64,000 bases of DNA from the sequence record MW394390.1, one strand, 5' to 3'. Position numbers and translations under genes: made by a program. Below are positions 18,901 to 27,281 of this stretch, piece by piece. Position 1 is the first letter of the stretch. Each line of letters starts with the position of its first letter. The stretch is from Klebsiella phage vB_KpM_FBKp34. Under the pieces are notes generated by a model, which saw only the letters and a list, made by a program, of their open reading frames with translations, made no database searches and had not been told where the DNA came from.

Positions 18901-18992
18901 TCTCAGGTTACTTATCTGCACCTAACAGCAGACCTTTTAATAAGGGTAAGATGCAGGAAGTTGTTCAACGTGTAAAACATACAAATTTATGA
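15975..18992 (+). CDS. nrdD: anaerobic ribonucleoside-triphosphate reductase NrdD carrying an intein
   Basis: 1005 aa; C-terminal glycyl-radical motif RRVSGYLSAP and Zn-ribbon CLKCG...CPDCG; ATP-cone-like N-terminus; 299-aa in-frame insertion with intein and LAGLIDADG signatures. Confidence 0.8.
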   Translation: MHHPYKIIKRDGRTEQFDERKVYNAVYQAALANSSLSITAEHVADQITEHVIKNLKENKSVSNVQKMIEDFLMSNPKTYDIARTYIEYRHDRDKIREGNGKLYNDISGFLEQTAEEFTRENANKPSNVVNTHRDLLAGILSKHVALTQILPKNLSEWHTSGFGHIHDLDYLISPLTNCLGRETAFITKEGTKTFFDFNSGDDVLALTHTGTFKKAKVYNYGYGLLNEITLKRGRLRKTIRATANHRWLLEDGTVTTNLKVGDKLLKTPTTYNRDWATLSNSEKRAWCFGFGYADGVSRITQWGNFFTIPLIGKKQDYQELFEDAGFRVTKTKLYSVVHLGKLEKFLPTTLTHTENEIFCFVDGLIAADGHKKYRPKLNKNIPASIQMTGEEINDFIQTWFEPAGYYLGATLDLSCQETNYGKRNGKTIEYKLNPEQNHMAWTVTEIINTGKEEEVWCLEVEEDASFILSNGVVTGNCCLVNYQDMLENGFHIGNAFIEKPKSIGVATTVLTQIIQAVASSQYGGQTCAHIDTGLKQYVESTYYRNEGLFNQYNISEYKVDAFRKTEQDVYDAMQTLIYQVNTLMSVNGQSPFITISLGLDTSEFGRMITRNYLKIHKEGLGKDKVTPVFPKVIFFLEEGVNMHPDDPNYDLKQLAMECCAERIYPDFISVPRNKLVTKSSKGHVTSMGCRSFLSYFATEQGEKYDGRFNLGVVSLNLPMIAKDCTTNGKLFLEELYKHMQTAYEAHMLRINRLKGTKAKQNPVMFVEGALARLDPEETIDKLFYKGYASASFGYVGLYECVKILYPEVTLDEYKDFGQKILKFMSNMAEDYKKKTGVGFGLYGTPAESLCYKFANKINEKFPGTIEKDYLTNSFHVPVDQEVDPFTKWNVESGFDFISSGGNIGYVETPNLKHNMQGLEALINYGYENIHYFGINQPVDKCLKCGFHGEFKATAEGFECPDCGNTEEGTINVIRRVSGYLSAPNSRPFNKGKMQEVVQRVKHTNL
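16506..17402 (+). mobile_element. intein with double-motif LAGLIDADG homing endonuclease inside nrdD
   Basis: begins SPLTN|CLGRETAFITKEG (block A-like, Cys1) and ends FILSNGVVTGN|CCLVNY (block G-like, terminal Asn, +1 Cys); internal FGFGYADGVS and FVDGLIAADGH LAGLIDADG motifs. Confidence 0.7.
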
Positions 18993-19001
18993 GGATAAAT
19001 T

Positions 19002-19253
19002 ATGACAACAGTAAGTAAATTGCCAGAAGTTGGTACTAAGGAGTGGGGTAACTTAGTGGAGAATGAGTTTGCTATAGTTGAAACCTCTAAAAGACCTGTA
19101 TCATCTTATGAAGAAATTATGACAGCGCTTGCTTGGTACTTTGGGGACGATGGGTATTATGCAAGTGCAGAAAGTATCTATGAGATTATTAATCAAGAAC
19201 ATGATCCTATTGAGACTATTGCAAAGGCATTGGATGACTATCGGGAGCAGTAA
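19002..19253 (+). CDS. hypothetical protein between nrdD and nrdG
   Basis: 83-aa ORF with RBS GAGGA. Confidence 0.45.
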   Translation: MTTVSKLPEVGTKEWGNLVENEFAIVETSKRPVSSYEEIMTALAWYFGDDGYYASAESIYEIINQEHDPIETIAKALDDYREQ

Positions 19254-19732
19254 TGAACTATTCAGGTTACATTTTTGGTGACTTGGTTAATGGAGAGGGA
19301 GCCAGGTGCTCCCTTTTTGTTTCTGGGTGTTCACAAGGTTGTGAAGGATGCTTTAACAAAGAGACATGGAACTATAACCATGGTCAACCTTTTACTAAAG
19401 ATTTTCAAGACAAACTGTTGAAAGATTTGAAGAAAACTTTCATTAATGGGTTAAGCATCTTGGGAGGAAACCCTTTAGAAAGAAAAAATTTTGACACAGT
19501 ATTAAAGCTTTGCTATTCTGTTAAACAAGAGATGCCAGAGAAGACAATCTGGTTATGGTGTGGGCAGACAATGCAAGAGATAAAAAATAACTTGCTTTAT
19601 GCTCAAATACTGGATATAGTGGATGTCATCATAGATGGGAAGTTTGTGAAAGACCTTCCTACAAAGAAACCTTTTAGGGGATCTGATAACCAAGTTTTAT
19701 GGAGAAAAGTTAATGGTAAGTGGGAAAGCTGA
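19253..19732 (+). CDS. nrdG: anaerobic RNR activating enzyme (radical SAM)
   Basis: 159 aa; CSLFVSGCSQGCEGCFN cysteine cluster and position directly downstream of nrdD. Confidence 0.75.
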   Translation: MNYSGYIFGDLVNGEGARCSLFVSGCSQGCEGCFNKETWNYNHGQPFTKDFQDKLLKDLKKTFINGLSILGGNPLERKNFDTVLKLCYSVKQEMPEKTIWLWCGQTMQEIKNNLLYAQILDIVDVIIDGKFVKDLPTKKPFRGSDNQVLWRKVNGKWES

Positions 19733-20096
19733 TTTAGAAATCCATGTACTGAACAATATTTACAATTTTAACATTGTTCTTGGTGGTTATGAAGATTTGA
19801 AGAGAGGGAATACATATTTTCTTATCCAACATGTAAATGGAAATAATGGTGCACATTCATTTTATGAACCGTTGCAAAAGATGAGTGAAGTGGAATGGTT
19901 ATCTTGCCACTATGAAATGTTAAACCATTTCCATGATACCACCAATCTTTTTGGAGTTTACAAGGTTATTAAGAAAGTCAAAAATGAGATTTTATCTTTT
20001 AACCCTTGGAATAAGAAATATTTGCTTCAGAGATATGAAAATGGTTGGTGCATACATGCAGAAGTAATAAAATCACAATCAAATTCAATAAATTAA
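19713..20096 (+). CDS. hypothetical protein
   Basis: 127-aa ORF. Confidence 0.4.
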   Translation: MVSGKADLEIHVLNNIYNFNIVLGGYEDLKRGNTYFLIQHVNGNNGAHSFYEPLQKMSEVEWLSCHYEMLNHFHDTTNLFGVYKVIKKVKNEILSFNPWNKKYLLQRYENGWCIHAEVIKSQSNSIN

Positions 20097-20105
20097 GGTG
20101 ATATA

Positions 20106-20288
20106 ATGAAAGAGGCATGGCAAGAGGTCTGTTACTACTATGGTGCCTGTGTTGCGATTAAATTGTGGTTGCCGGAATATGTTGATACACTTTTTCGTTG
20201 TAAGAGATTGGTAATAAAAGCTAAAACAAAAACCCTAATCGTACAAGATAGGGTCTTAACTTACAGAGAAGATGAAGCTTATGAATAA
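20106..20288 (+). CDS. hypothetical protein
   Basis: 60-aa ORF with RBS AAGGTG. Confidence 0.35.
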   Translation: MKEAWQEVCYYYGACVAIKLWLPEYVDTLFRCKRLVIKAKTKTLIVQDRVLTYREDEAYE

Positions 20289-20703
20289 TACTGATTATAG
20301 TAAGATGAGTGATCTGGAAATAAACATCAATGTGGCTGAATTACTGCATCCTGGTAAAAAATTTACCGCAGCGTATTCATTCTTCCAGCCAGAAGGTCCG
20401 GCTGTTCAGTGGATTTGTGGTTACGCTGAGTATATTAAGGCAGATTACTGCAATAACCCAGAAGATGCATGGCCTGTAATTACAAAATATAAAATAAATA
20501 TAGAATTTCACCAGTGGAAAAATGACATAACAAAACCATATTCATTAAGCAATAAGACTGGGTTATCTGCTTATAGTGATAATCCGCTTCGTGCAGCAAT
20601 GATTGTCTTTCTGAAAATGCAGGATAGTAAAAATGTTTCTGAAAGAATGTTAAACAATTTAGAAAACACTTTAAAGACAGAAAATTTTGATACTTATGAA
20701 TGA
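20272..20703 (+). CDS. hypothetical protein
   Basis: 143-aa ORF. Confidence 0.45.
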   Translation: MKLMNNTDYSKMSDLEININVAELLHPGKKFTAAYSFFQPEGPAVQWICGYAEYIKADYCNNPEDAWPVITKYKINIEFHQWKNDITKPYSLSNKTGLSAYSDNPLRAAMIVFLKMQDSKNVSERMLNNLENTLKTENFDTYE

Positions 20704-20710
20704 GGTAAAT

Positions 20711-20929
20711 ATGATCCATTATACAAATCAAAAACGTGTTATTAAACTTCCACGATTGGCTTATCACCTTCTCTTGGAAAAAGTTTGTGAGAATGTCACA
20801 ACTTGGGTTGTTACTCAAAAAGAGCCAGCATACAAAGGCGATACCCGGTCATTTGAGTTCATGGGTGTTATCTACGTTGAGGAAGATGAGAGTTCCATGA
20901 ATGGTAACTCAGGGTGGCTTAACCCATGA
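20711..20929 (+). CDS. hypothetical protein
   Basis: ORF 20687-20929; the ATG at 20711 follows GAGGTAAAT. Confidence 0.4.
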   Translation: MIHYTNQKRVIKLPRLAYHLLLEKVCENVTTWVVTQKEPAYKGDTRSFEFMGVIYVEEDESSMNGNSGWLNP

Positions 20930-21258
20930 ATAAGGTAAGCTTTTGTTATACTTTGTTAGATAAAATACATAAGATAGTGGAATCTCATTACGAGAACGAT
21001 TGGGATTTAGATGTCTTAAAAATTTGTCTATCCATAGAGGATTGGTATGAACTGATCCGCGATGAGAACTCACTGATATATCTGAATAAATTTACTGGTT
21101 ATAATAACTTAAAGTTTTCAAACTTTAAATTGGAAATTTATTCAACTATTAAGAAGTCATATATTCTTGTAGACAGATATCGGGTATGTGAGTTTCTTAA
21201 TGTGGAAATGACCAGCGATGAATTTAATCTGTGGGGTGAACATAAGATTGAACTATAG
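20926..21258 (+). CDS. hypothetical protein
   Basis: 110-aa ORF. Confidence 0.45.
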   Translation: MNKVSFCYTLLDKIHKIVESHYENDWDLDVLKICLSIEDWYELIRDENSLIYLNKFTGYNNLKFSNFKLEIYSTIKKSYILVDRYRVCEFLNVEMTSDEFNLWGEHKIEL

Positions 21259-21266
21259 GTGACAAC

Positions 21267-21458
21267 ATGTTTATATGTCTTTGTAATAAAATTAATGACA
21301 AAATGCTACAAAAAGTTATAAAAGATTTTTCTTGTAAGTCATTGGAAGATGTGCAAAGATATATACCAGTCGCCACTTGTTGTGGTAAATGTAAACAAAC
21401 GATAGTTGAGGTGTTAAATGAAAATAATGATAGCTCTTTGTCTGATCCTGTTTTGTAG
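21267..21458 (+). CDS. BFD-like [2Fe-2S]-binding domain protein
   Basis: 63 aa; CLCNKI...CCGKCK pattern typical of the bacterioferritin-associated ferredoxin domain. Confidence 0.5.
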   Translation: MFICLCNKINDKMLQKVIKDFSCKSLEDVQRYIPVATCCGKCKQTIVEVLNENNDSSLSDPVL

Positions 21459-21624
21459 TTTGACAATGGCTGAAGATAGCGTTACAGTTAAACGAGTGTA
21501 CAACGGCTACACTGCTGTTAACAAGATTTACATCATGAAGGACGATATTAATGGAAAATTCTGTTATATTGTGTATAATGATGCAGGTAGTAACGCAATG
21601 TACTGTTTTGATAAGCAAAAATAA
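21418..21624 (+). CDS. small secreted protein
   Basis: 68 aa; signal-peptide-like MKIMIALCLILFCSLTMA. Confidence 0.4.
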   Translation: MKIMIALCLILFCSLTMAEDSVTVKRVYNGYTAVNKIYIMKDDINGKFCYIVYNDAGSNAMYCFDKQK

Positions 21625-21652
21625 TTTATTTTAAACTGAGGAGAGTAAAATA

Positions 21653-22630
21653 GTGACACATCATTTTGGGTTCCCCCTTCTGGATATTGCAGTTCTTGTT
21701 GGAGTTCTTGCACTATCAATCCTTGTAGATTTCTTTGGACACAAGGAAAATAAAGAGATCGGTATTAAGTCTGCATTGGCTTGGTCTGCATTTTGGATCG
21801 CATTAGCATTTGCATACTATGGTTTTATTTGGGTAGAGTATGGCAAAGAATTTGCCTCTTTGTTTCTGAGTGGGTATGTGCTAGAAAAATCATTGTCTGT
21901 GGATAACTTGATGGTGTTCATGGCAATCTTCGCTAGCTTCGGGATCAAATCGACACACTTACAGCATAAGATTCTTCTTTGGGGTATTGCTGGTGCCATT
22001 GTATTTCGAGGTATCTTTGTGGCAGCAGGTACGGCAATCTTTAATTTACACTGGTTTTTCCAAGTGCTGTTCGGTCTGATTGTAGCATGGTCTGCACTGG
22101 CTATTATCAAAGGCGGCGATGATGAGGAAGATGAAGTTGATTACTCTAAACACTGGGCGACTCGTCTGGTTGGTAAGATTCTTCCTGTTCATCCGGCTCT
22201 AGATGGCGAGAAATTTATCACCATTAAGAATGGGATCAAGTATGCAACTCCGGCTTTGTTGTGTGTCTTTGTAGTGGAGTTTACTGATGTAATTTTCTCC
22301 TTTGACTCTGTCCCGGCTGTAATTGGTGTGACGCAAGAACCTCTGCTGGTTTACTCTGCAATGTTATTTGCAATTCTTGGTCTCCGTGCACTGTTCTTTG
22401 TACTGAGTGTAGCAGTTAAATACTTGGTTCATCTGGAAAAAGCCGTTGCTGTAGTTCTAGTGTTTGTAGGTGCTAAACTGATTTACCATCCTTTTGGTGA
22501 GACACTAAATGCAAAATGGTCTTTCCTGCCACATGATATCTCAGCAAACGTAAGTCTTTGTATTGTACTTGGAACGCTGGCCTTGGGTATTATTGCAAGT
22601 CTGGTTTTTCCTGAGAAAAAAGAAGCTTGA
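21653..22630 (+). CDS. TerC-family integral membrane protein
   Basis: 325 aa, multi-pass; LEKSLSVDNLMVFMAIFASF matches the TerC E-x-SLSVDN signature; GTG start with RBS GAGGAGA. Confidence 0.7.
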   Translation: MTHHFGFPLLDIAVLVGVLALSILVDFFGHKENKEIGIKSALAWSAFWIALAFAYYGFIWVEYGKEFASLFLSGYVLEKSLSVDNLMVFMAIFASFGIKSTHLQHKILLWGIAGAIVFRGIFVAAGTAIFNLHWFFQVLFGLIVAWSALAIIKGGDDEEDEVDYSKHWATRLVGKILPVHPALDGEKFITIKNGIKYATPALLCVFVVEFTDVIFSFDSVPAVIGVTQEPLLVYSAMLFAILGLRALFFVLSVAVKYLVHLEKAVAVVLVFVGAKLIYHPFGETLNAKWSFLPHDISANVSLCIVLGTLALGIIASLVFPEKKEA

Positions 22631-22634
22631 GAAT

Positions 22635-22657
22635 AGCCCCGAAAGGGGCTTTAGTTT
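22635..22657 (+). terminator. rho-independent terminator
   Basis: AGCCCCGAAAGGGGCT hairpin followed by TTAGTTT. Confidence 0.55.
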
Positions 22658-22674
22658 AAAGAGGAAACTTTAAC

Positions 22675-23037
22675 ATGAATGATATTTTTGATGAAATGGA
22701 AGAATATGCTTGGGCTTTGGGTGATAATGTAAATGCAATGGCTTTACTCCAAGAAAGATACCCACAAACAAACATTCAGATCTTAGAAGTTTCCGATCTA
22801 ATTCTTCCTAAAGGTGTTGTAGCTTGTTGTGGTACGGGCGCAGGGGAAGTAACACCTGTAAAACGTTTAGAAATGGCTTTTGGCTCCAGTTTAAATGGTG
22901 AAATGGAAAATGCTACCTTTGTCCAATTCTGGACTTCACCAAATGCTAAATTATTTGACAACACAACTTGGGAACTTTTCTTCTGGGATCAGGTGAAGGA
23001 TCGAGAGGTACAGTTTGAAGTTCCTGTTGTAGAATAA
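22675..23037 (+). CDS. hypothetical protein
   Basis: 120-aa ORF with RBS AAGAGGA. Confidence 0.5.
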   Translation: MNDIFDEMEEYAWALGDNVNAMALLQERYPQTNIQILEVSDLILPKGVVACCGTGAGEVTPVKRLEMAFGSSLNGEMENATFVQFWTSPNAKLFDNTTWELFFWDQVKDREVQFEVPVVE

Positions 23038-23146
23038 TGTTGACTTTTGCTAAGACAAGCTTTATAGTTTGTCTTGTTGAAAGAAACAAACCAGTAAGGA
23101 GTAAAAATGTTTGCTGAAGAAGATATTCATTCAGAGATAGAATGGC

Positions 23147-23353
23147 TTGAATTTATTACAGAAAATTGGGAAGGTTAAAATGTTTGATTTGACTTATCAG
23201 TTTGACCCTGAGAGAGTATGTCTATGCCCAATTTGTGATCAACCAATGTTTACTTACGAAGCAGTAACAACTATCGTAGTCGATGATTGTCAATGTATGG
23301 CACACAATTTTTGTGCAATCAATTTCGACGAGGAAGAAGACGATGAAGATTGA
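23147..23353 (+). CDS. hypothetical zinc-finger protein, acidic C-terminus
   Basis: 68 aa; CLCPICDQ...CQCMAHNFC...EEEDDED. Confidence 0.4.
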   Translation: MNLLQKIGKVKMFDLTYQFDPERVCLCPICDQPMFTYEAVTTIVVDDCQCMAHNFCAINFDEEEDDED

Positions 23354-23528
23354 GATCATTCACTCAGCAGGAACACCTTTTGAGGAAGGTAAACAATATG
23401 ACTTGGTCTACGATAGATATCTTCGTACCTATATGATCCAAGAGTGGGAACATGGTGAGTTATTGGAAACGTGGCTCAATGATTTGATTCATGATGCAGT
23501 TGAGTTTAAAATTATTAAGGAGAGTTAA
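23343..23528 (+). CDS. hypothetical protein
   Basis: ORF 23283-23528 trimmed to the ATG at 23343. Confidence 0.35.
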   Translation: MKIEIIHSAGTPFEEGKQYDLVYDRYLRTYMIQEWEHGELLETWLNDLIHDAVEFKIIKES

Positions 23529-23732
23529 ATGCCCAACATGAGCTATTGCCAATTTAGAAATACAGAAGGTGATTTTCGTCAATGTCTTGATGCAATTGGC
23601 AACGCAGAGTCAATTGAAGATTTTTCACAAAGTGAGCAAAACTCTGCGGAAAATTTATATGAAATGGCGAAAGATTATGTCAATTGGTATGAACAATTAT
23701 TAGATCAAGAGGTTGAAGATGAAGATTGTTGA
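23529..23732 (+). CDS. hypothetical acidic protein
   Basis: 67-aa ORF. Confidence 0.4.
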   Translation: MPNMSYCQFRNTEGDFRQCLDAIGNAESIEDFSQSEQNSAENLYEMAKDYVNWYEQLLDQEVEDEDC

Positions 23733-23976
23733 ACAATATGTTTTTGAAGTTGGGGATGTCTTTACAGGTAAAGGTGATGGTTGTTGGTTAGTGCCAAATC
23801 AACGAAGACTCCTTTCAGCACCAGATCACTATCTTTTTGTAAAAGAAGTTGGGATCAATGCAGTTTATCTTTGTGGTGTAGGGTATGCTTATAATTTTTC
23901 ACCAGAAGAGTTGACAGACCATATTAAAAAAGATAATCTCATTTATCTTGGTAATGTTTACAAAGGTAAAAACTAA
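23713..23976 (+). CDS. hypothetical protein
   Basis: 87-aa ORF. Confidence 0.45.
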   Translation: MKMKIVEQYVFEVGDVFTGKGDGCWLVPNQRRLLSAPDHYLFVKEVGINAVYLCGVGYAYNFSPEELTDHIKKDNLIYLGNVYKGKN

Positions 23977-24308
23977 TGAAAATTTTAATTATCTATGAAA
24001 ATATTCCAGAAACAACAGATCTTTTTGTTCTTGAAACTTCTGATTCTGAAGAGATCAAAAATCTGAGCGTCATTCATGGACACTATATTAATGCAGAAGA
24101 GAATGAAAAAATTCTTGACAATTGTACACGGTGGTACTATAAGCTATACGGTGAGACTACTTGGGCTGACAAGGAAGAGTATAGTAAATATGGTGTGCAG
24201 GATAGTGAAGTAGGAAAATATCTTAAAAATAAGATTGACTATCAAGATATCTTAGATGTAAAATCTTTAGATATTGATTATGTAGTTGTAACAGGATTTA
24301 TTTGTTAA
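23976..24308 (+). CDS. hypothetical protein
   Basis: 110-aa ORF. Confidence 0.45.
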   Translation: MKILIIYENIPETTDLFVLETSDSEEIKNLSVIHGHYINAEENEKILDNCTRWYYKLYGETTWADKEEYSKYGVQDSEVGKYLKNKIDYQDILDVKSLDIDYVVVTGFIC

Positions 24309-24328
24309 TTTAGAGGAGAAACACTAAT

Positions 24329-25042
24329 ATGAGTAATAAACTATCACTTGAGAAACGTACTGAGACTGTAAAACTGTCCCTGGAAAAAGCTGGTGTTCAA
24401 CGCAAGGATATTTGTCTCCGTGTAGCGCTTGCACTGGATAAAAGTGGATCAGCAGAAGATTTCTATCGTAATGGTCAATTTGAAGAGTTGGTTGATCGAC
24501 TCCTACCAGTCTCTGCAAATATGGATGATGACGGTACTATTGACACTTGGCTATTCCATACTCGCTCAATGGAGGTTGAACCTGCAACACCTAAAAACTA
24601 TGGCGGATACATCTCTAACGTCATCATGAAGGGTAAATATAAAAACGAGTGGGGTGGTACTAATTATGCTCCAGTGATGAAAGACATTCATCATCATTAC
24701 TTTGGAAAAGAAGAGAAGAAAGGTCTGTTTGGTTTTGGTAAAGCCAAAACTGTCCCTGTAACAGATTCAGATATTCCCGCACTTGTTTTCTTTATTACCG
24801 ATGGTTCTAATAGTGATCGGGTTGAGACTTTGCGACTACTTGACAGTATCAAAGATGAGCCTGTATATTGGATGACAGTAGGTGTTGGTCCAGATAGCTA
24901 CTTCACTTTCCTTCGTGAGATTGCTGAACGTTATGATAATGTAGGATTTGTTAATTTTAACAATCTAAATATTAGTGATGAGCAAATGTATAATGCAATC
25001 ATTGATGGTGAACTTGCAGCATGGATTAATAAGGTCTCCTAA
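24329..25042 (+). CDS. vWA-domain protein (TerY-like)
   Basis: 237 aa; MIDAS motif LALDKSGSAED (DxSxS); position immediately upstream of two TerD genes, as with TerY in ter operons. Confidence 0.55.
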   Translation: MSNKLSLEKRTETVKLSLEKAGVQRKDICLRVALALDKSGSAEDFYRNGQFEELVDRLLPVSANMDDDGTIDTWLFHTRSMEVEPATPKNYGGYISNVIMKGKYKNEWGGTNYAPVMKDIHHHYFGKEEKKGLFGFGKAKTVPVTDSDIPALVFFITDGSNSDRVETLRLLDSIKDEPVYWMTVGVGPDSYFTFLREIAERYDNVGFVNFNNLNISDEQMYNAIIDGELAAWINKVS

Positions 25043-25109
25043 AAGAGTTGACTTTAAATTTTACTTTGAATATAATATTTAAACTGAATAACTAAGAGAG
25101 GAAATAAAT

Positions 25110-25691
25110 ATGTCACTTAATCTGGAAAAAGGTTCTTCATTGCCAATGGTTAAAGAAGATGGCAAAACTCCACTAAAACGAGTTCGTGTAGAGTTATCCT
25201 GGAATCCTAATACCAATTCATCTTCACATGATTTTGATCTGGATGTTCTTGGCGCAGTCTGTAAGAATGAAAATCTGCAAGCTGTATCAGTTAGTGAAGT
25301 TGCATACTGGGGGCAAAAACAGACTAAAGCAATTAACGTCTCCCCTGATAATCAAACTGGTATTGGTGATGGTGTTGATGAGTTCCTGGATATTAATCTT
25401 GAAAATGTGTCTTCAGACGGAGATCGTATTCCAGTTTTGGTTTATATCTACAATGCACGACCACGAAATCAGAGTTTTGCTCAGGTAGATGGTGCTAGTG
25501 TTGTTCTTCGTGACCTTGACTCAGGTAAAACTATTGGTTCTTGTAATATCTCTGAGAAAGGTTCTTCTATAGATGAGTCGCTTCTTGTTGGTGTATTTGA
25601 GAAACAAGCAGATGGAACTTTTATTTACAACCAAGTGAATGAGTTTTATGATAAGAGTTTTCAAGAATGGGTAGGTGTTTTTACTAACTAA
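25110..25691 (+). CDS. TerD-family protein
   Basis: 193 aa; MSLNLEKGSSL, DFDLDVLG, PDNQTGIGDGVDEFLDINL and RNQSFAQVDGA are collinear with E. coli TerD. Confidence 0.8.
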   Translation: MSLNLEKGSSLPMVKEDGKTPLKRVRVELSWNPNTNSSSHDFDLDVLGAVCKNENLQAVSVSEVAYWGQKQTKAINVSPDNQTGIGDGVDEFLDINLENVSSDGDRIPVLVYIYNARPRNQSFAQVDGASVVLRDLDSGKTIGSCNISEKGSSIDESLLVGVFEKQADGTFIYNQVNEFYDKSFQEWVGVFTN

Positions 25692-25752
25692 TTAGTTAAA
25701 GGCACTATTGGAGATAGTGCCACTTTTAATCTCGAAAACAGGAGAAAATATT

Positions 25753-26334
25753 ATGGTTTTAAGTCTGGATAAAGGTTCTAAGCTGTCACTAGATAAATTT
25801 CAAGCATCTGATCTGAAAGTATTGCGTGTTGAAATGACTTGGGACGCACCAGAGAAAACGAGTTCTTTCTTTAAGAGCTATGATTATGATCTTGATGTAA
25901 TTGCAGTTATTGTAGACAAAGATAATAAGGCTGTGGATGGCTCTAAACACTTTTGTTTCTTCAACCAACAGGAAACTCCAGCAATCAAAAGTTCTGGAGA
26001 TGATTTAAATGGGGAGGATGGCGGTGAATCTCTCCTGATTACCCTGGATAAAGTTCCTGAAAAAGGTAAACATATTCCAATTATTGTTGACCTTCATAAG
26101 GCTAAGGAACGTAAACAGAACCTTTCTCAAATGAAAGATGGTACGGTTCGTATTCTTAATCATGAAACAGACGAACTTCTTGCAGAAATTAAGATGAATA
26201 CTTTCTCAAGTAATGATACATCTATCTTGTTTGTGGTTGTTAATCGCACGGATACGGGTTTTGAAGTAGAGAACGTTAGTACAGCATACCCTAAGAGTAT
26301 TGTTGACTGGATTGAACTTTACCAAGTACAATAA
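25753..26334 (+). CDS. TerD-family protein (second paralog)
   Basis: MVLSLDKGSKLSL...YDYDLDV...GDDLNGEDGGESLLITLDKVP; start set to the ATG at 25753 after AGGAGAAAAT. Confidence 0.7.
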   Translation: MVLSLDKGSKLSLDKFQASDLKVLRVEMTWDAPEKTSSFFKSYDYDLDVIAVIVDKDNKAVDGSKHFCFFNQQETPAIKSSGDDLNGEDGGESLLITLDKVPEKGKHIPIIVDLHKAKERKQNLSQMKDGTVRILNHETDELLAEIKMNTFSSNDTSILFVVVNRTDTGFEVENVSTAYPKSIVDWIELYQVQ

Positions 26335-26352
26335 GATCATTTTAAACTGTTA

Positions 26353-26377
26353 GGTGGGCCGATGCCCACCTTTTATT
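26353..26377 (+). terminator. rho-independent terminator
   Basis: GGTGGGCCGATGCCCACC hairpin followed by TTTTATT. Confidence 0.6.
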
Positions 26378-26392
26378 AGGAAGGAGATTAAA

Positions 26393-27271
26393 ATGAGTGC
26401 AGACTATAAAAACCTTTTCAATAAACAAAAAGATTATTCTAATCTGTTCTCTGACAGTCAAAAACAAACTAAACAGGAATCAAACATGTCATATAAAAAT
26501 ATATTTGGCAATTCGGTATCTGTTCCCGAAGTTACTAAAATAAAATCAGTTTTCCCTGAAAAACAAATTGATGCACGAGTAAAAGATATTCAAACTATAG
26601 ATGCTAAAATTAGTACCCATGCTGTGATAAGCTGGATAGATAATTTTGATAATAACTTCAAGAAACTCACTACCATCAACCAGGAAGTTTCTCAATGTGA
26701 GTTAGATTTAGCAATGGAATTTACTAGTGGCAGACTTCAAGTACAAACCCTCTTCAATGATATAAAACAGGCTGTTTCCAAGTTAAAGGGACCGCAAAAG
26801 AAGCCTGGGCTACTATCACGTATTTTAGGTTCTAATGAGGAGTTTAAGTTAACTCAGGAAATTATTACCGAAGTTATCCAAGAGATTAAATTAAACTTGG
26901 AACAATTTAAGAACAAGGCCAAATATAACACTAGCATGTTTTTAAAATCAGAAATGAGGGCTATAGAAGCTAAAATTTTGGATTTAAAAAGTGACCTGGA
27001 GTGTGCTATTGTTGCTGCAACTTACATGATAAATAGTGATGATTTTAAGGGAACTGTTAGATTAGAGAAATTAAAACAAGTAAGTGGTTTAACAAATATT
27101 TCAGAATTGCAATTAAAAAATACTTACCAACTTCTTGAGAAAGATCTTGAAGCATACGAGAACTTAAAAAACATGACAATTCCATTTTTGTATGCTAAGA
27201 TCCAAACCTTAATGAGTAGCACTTTAGATTCTGAAGCGCTTAACGTGATTAATGATATTGATAAACTTTGA
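26393..27271 (+). CDS. TelA-like helical protein, paralog 1 (call by context)
   Basis: 293 aa from the ATG at 26393 (RBS GGAAGGAG); shares the N-terminal MS..YKNLFNK motif with the next gene; all-helical and Lys/Glu-rich; sits after TerD as TelA/YceH does in ter clusters. Confidence 0.35.
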   Translation: MSADYKNLFNKQKDYSNLFSDSQKQTKQESNMSYKNIFGNSVSVPEVTKIKSVFPEKQIDARVKDIQTIDAKISTHAVISWIDNFDNNFKKLTTINQEVSQCELDLAMEFTSGRLQVQTLFNDIKQAVSKLKGPQKKPGLLSRILGSNEEFKLTQEIITEVIQEIKLNLEQFKNKAKYNTSMFLKSEMRAIEAKILDLKSDLECAIVAATYMINSDDFKGTVRLEKLKQVSGLTNISELQLKNTYQLLEKDLEAYENLKNMTIPFLYAKIQTLMSSTLDSEALNVINDIDKL

Positions 27272-27281
27272 GGATTAAATT

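Noticed and set aside
15975-18992. Possibility of a group I intron in nrdD (as in T4)
   Set aside because: The ORF is continuous for 1005 codons. The insertion is in-frame and has intein/LAGLIDADG protein motifs rather than RNA-level interruption.
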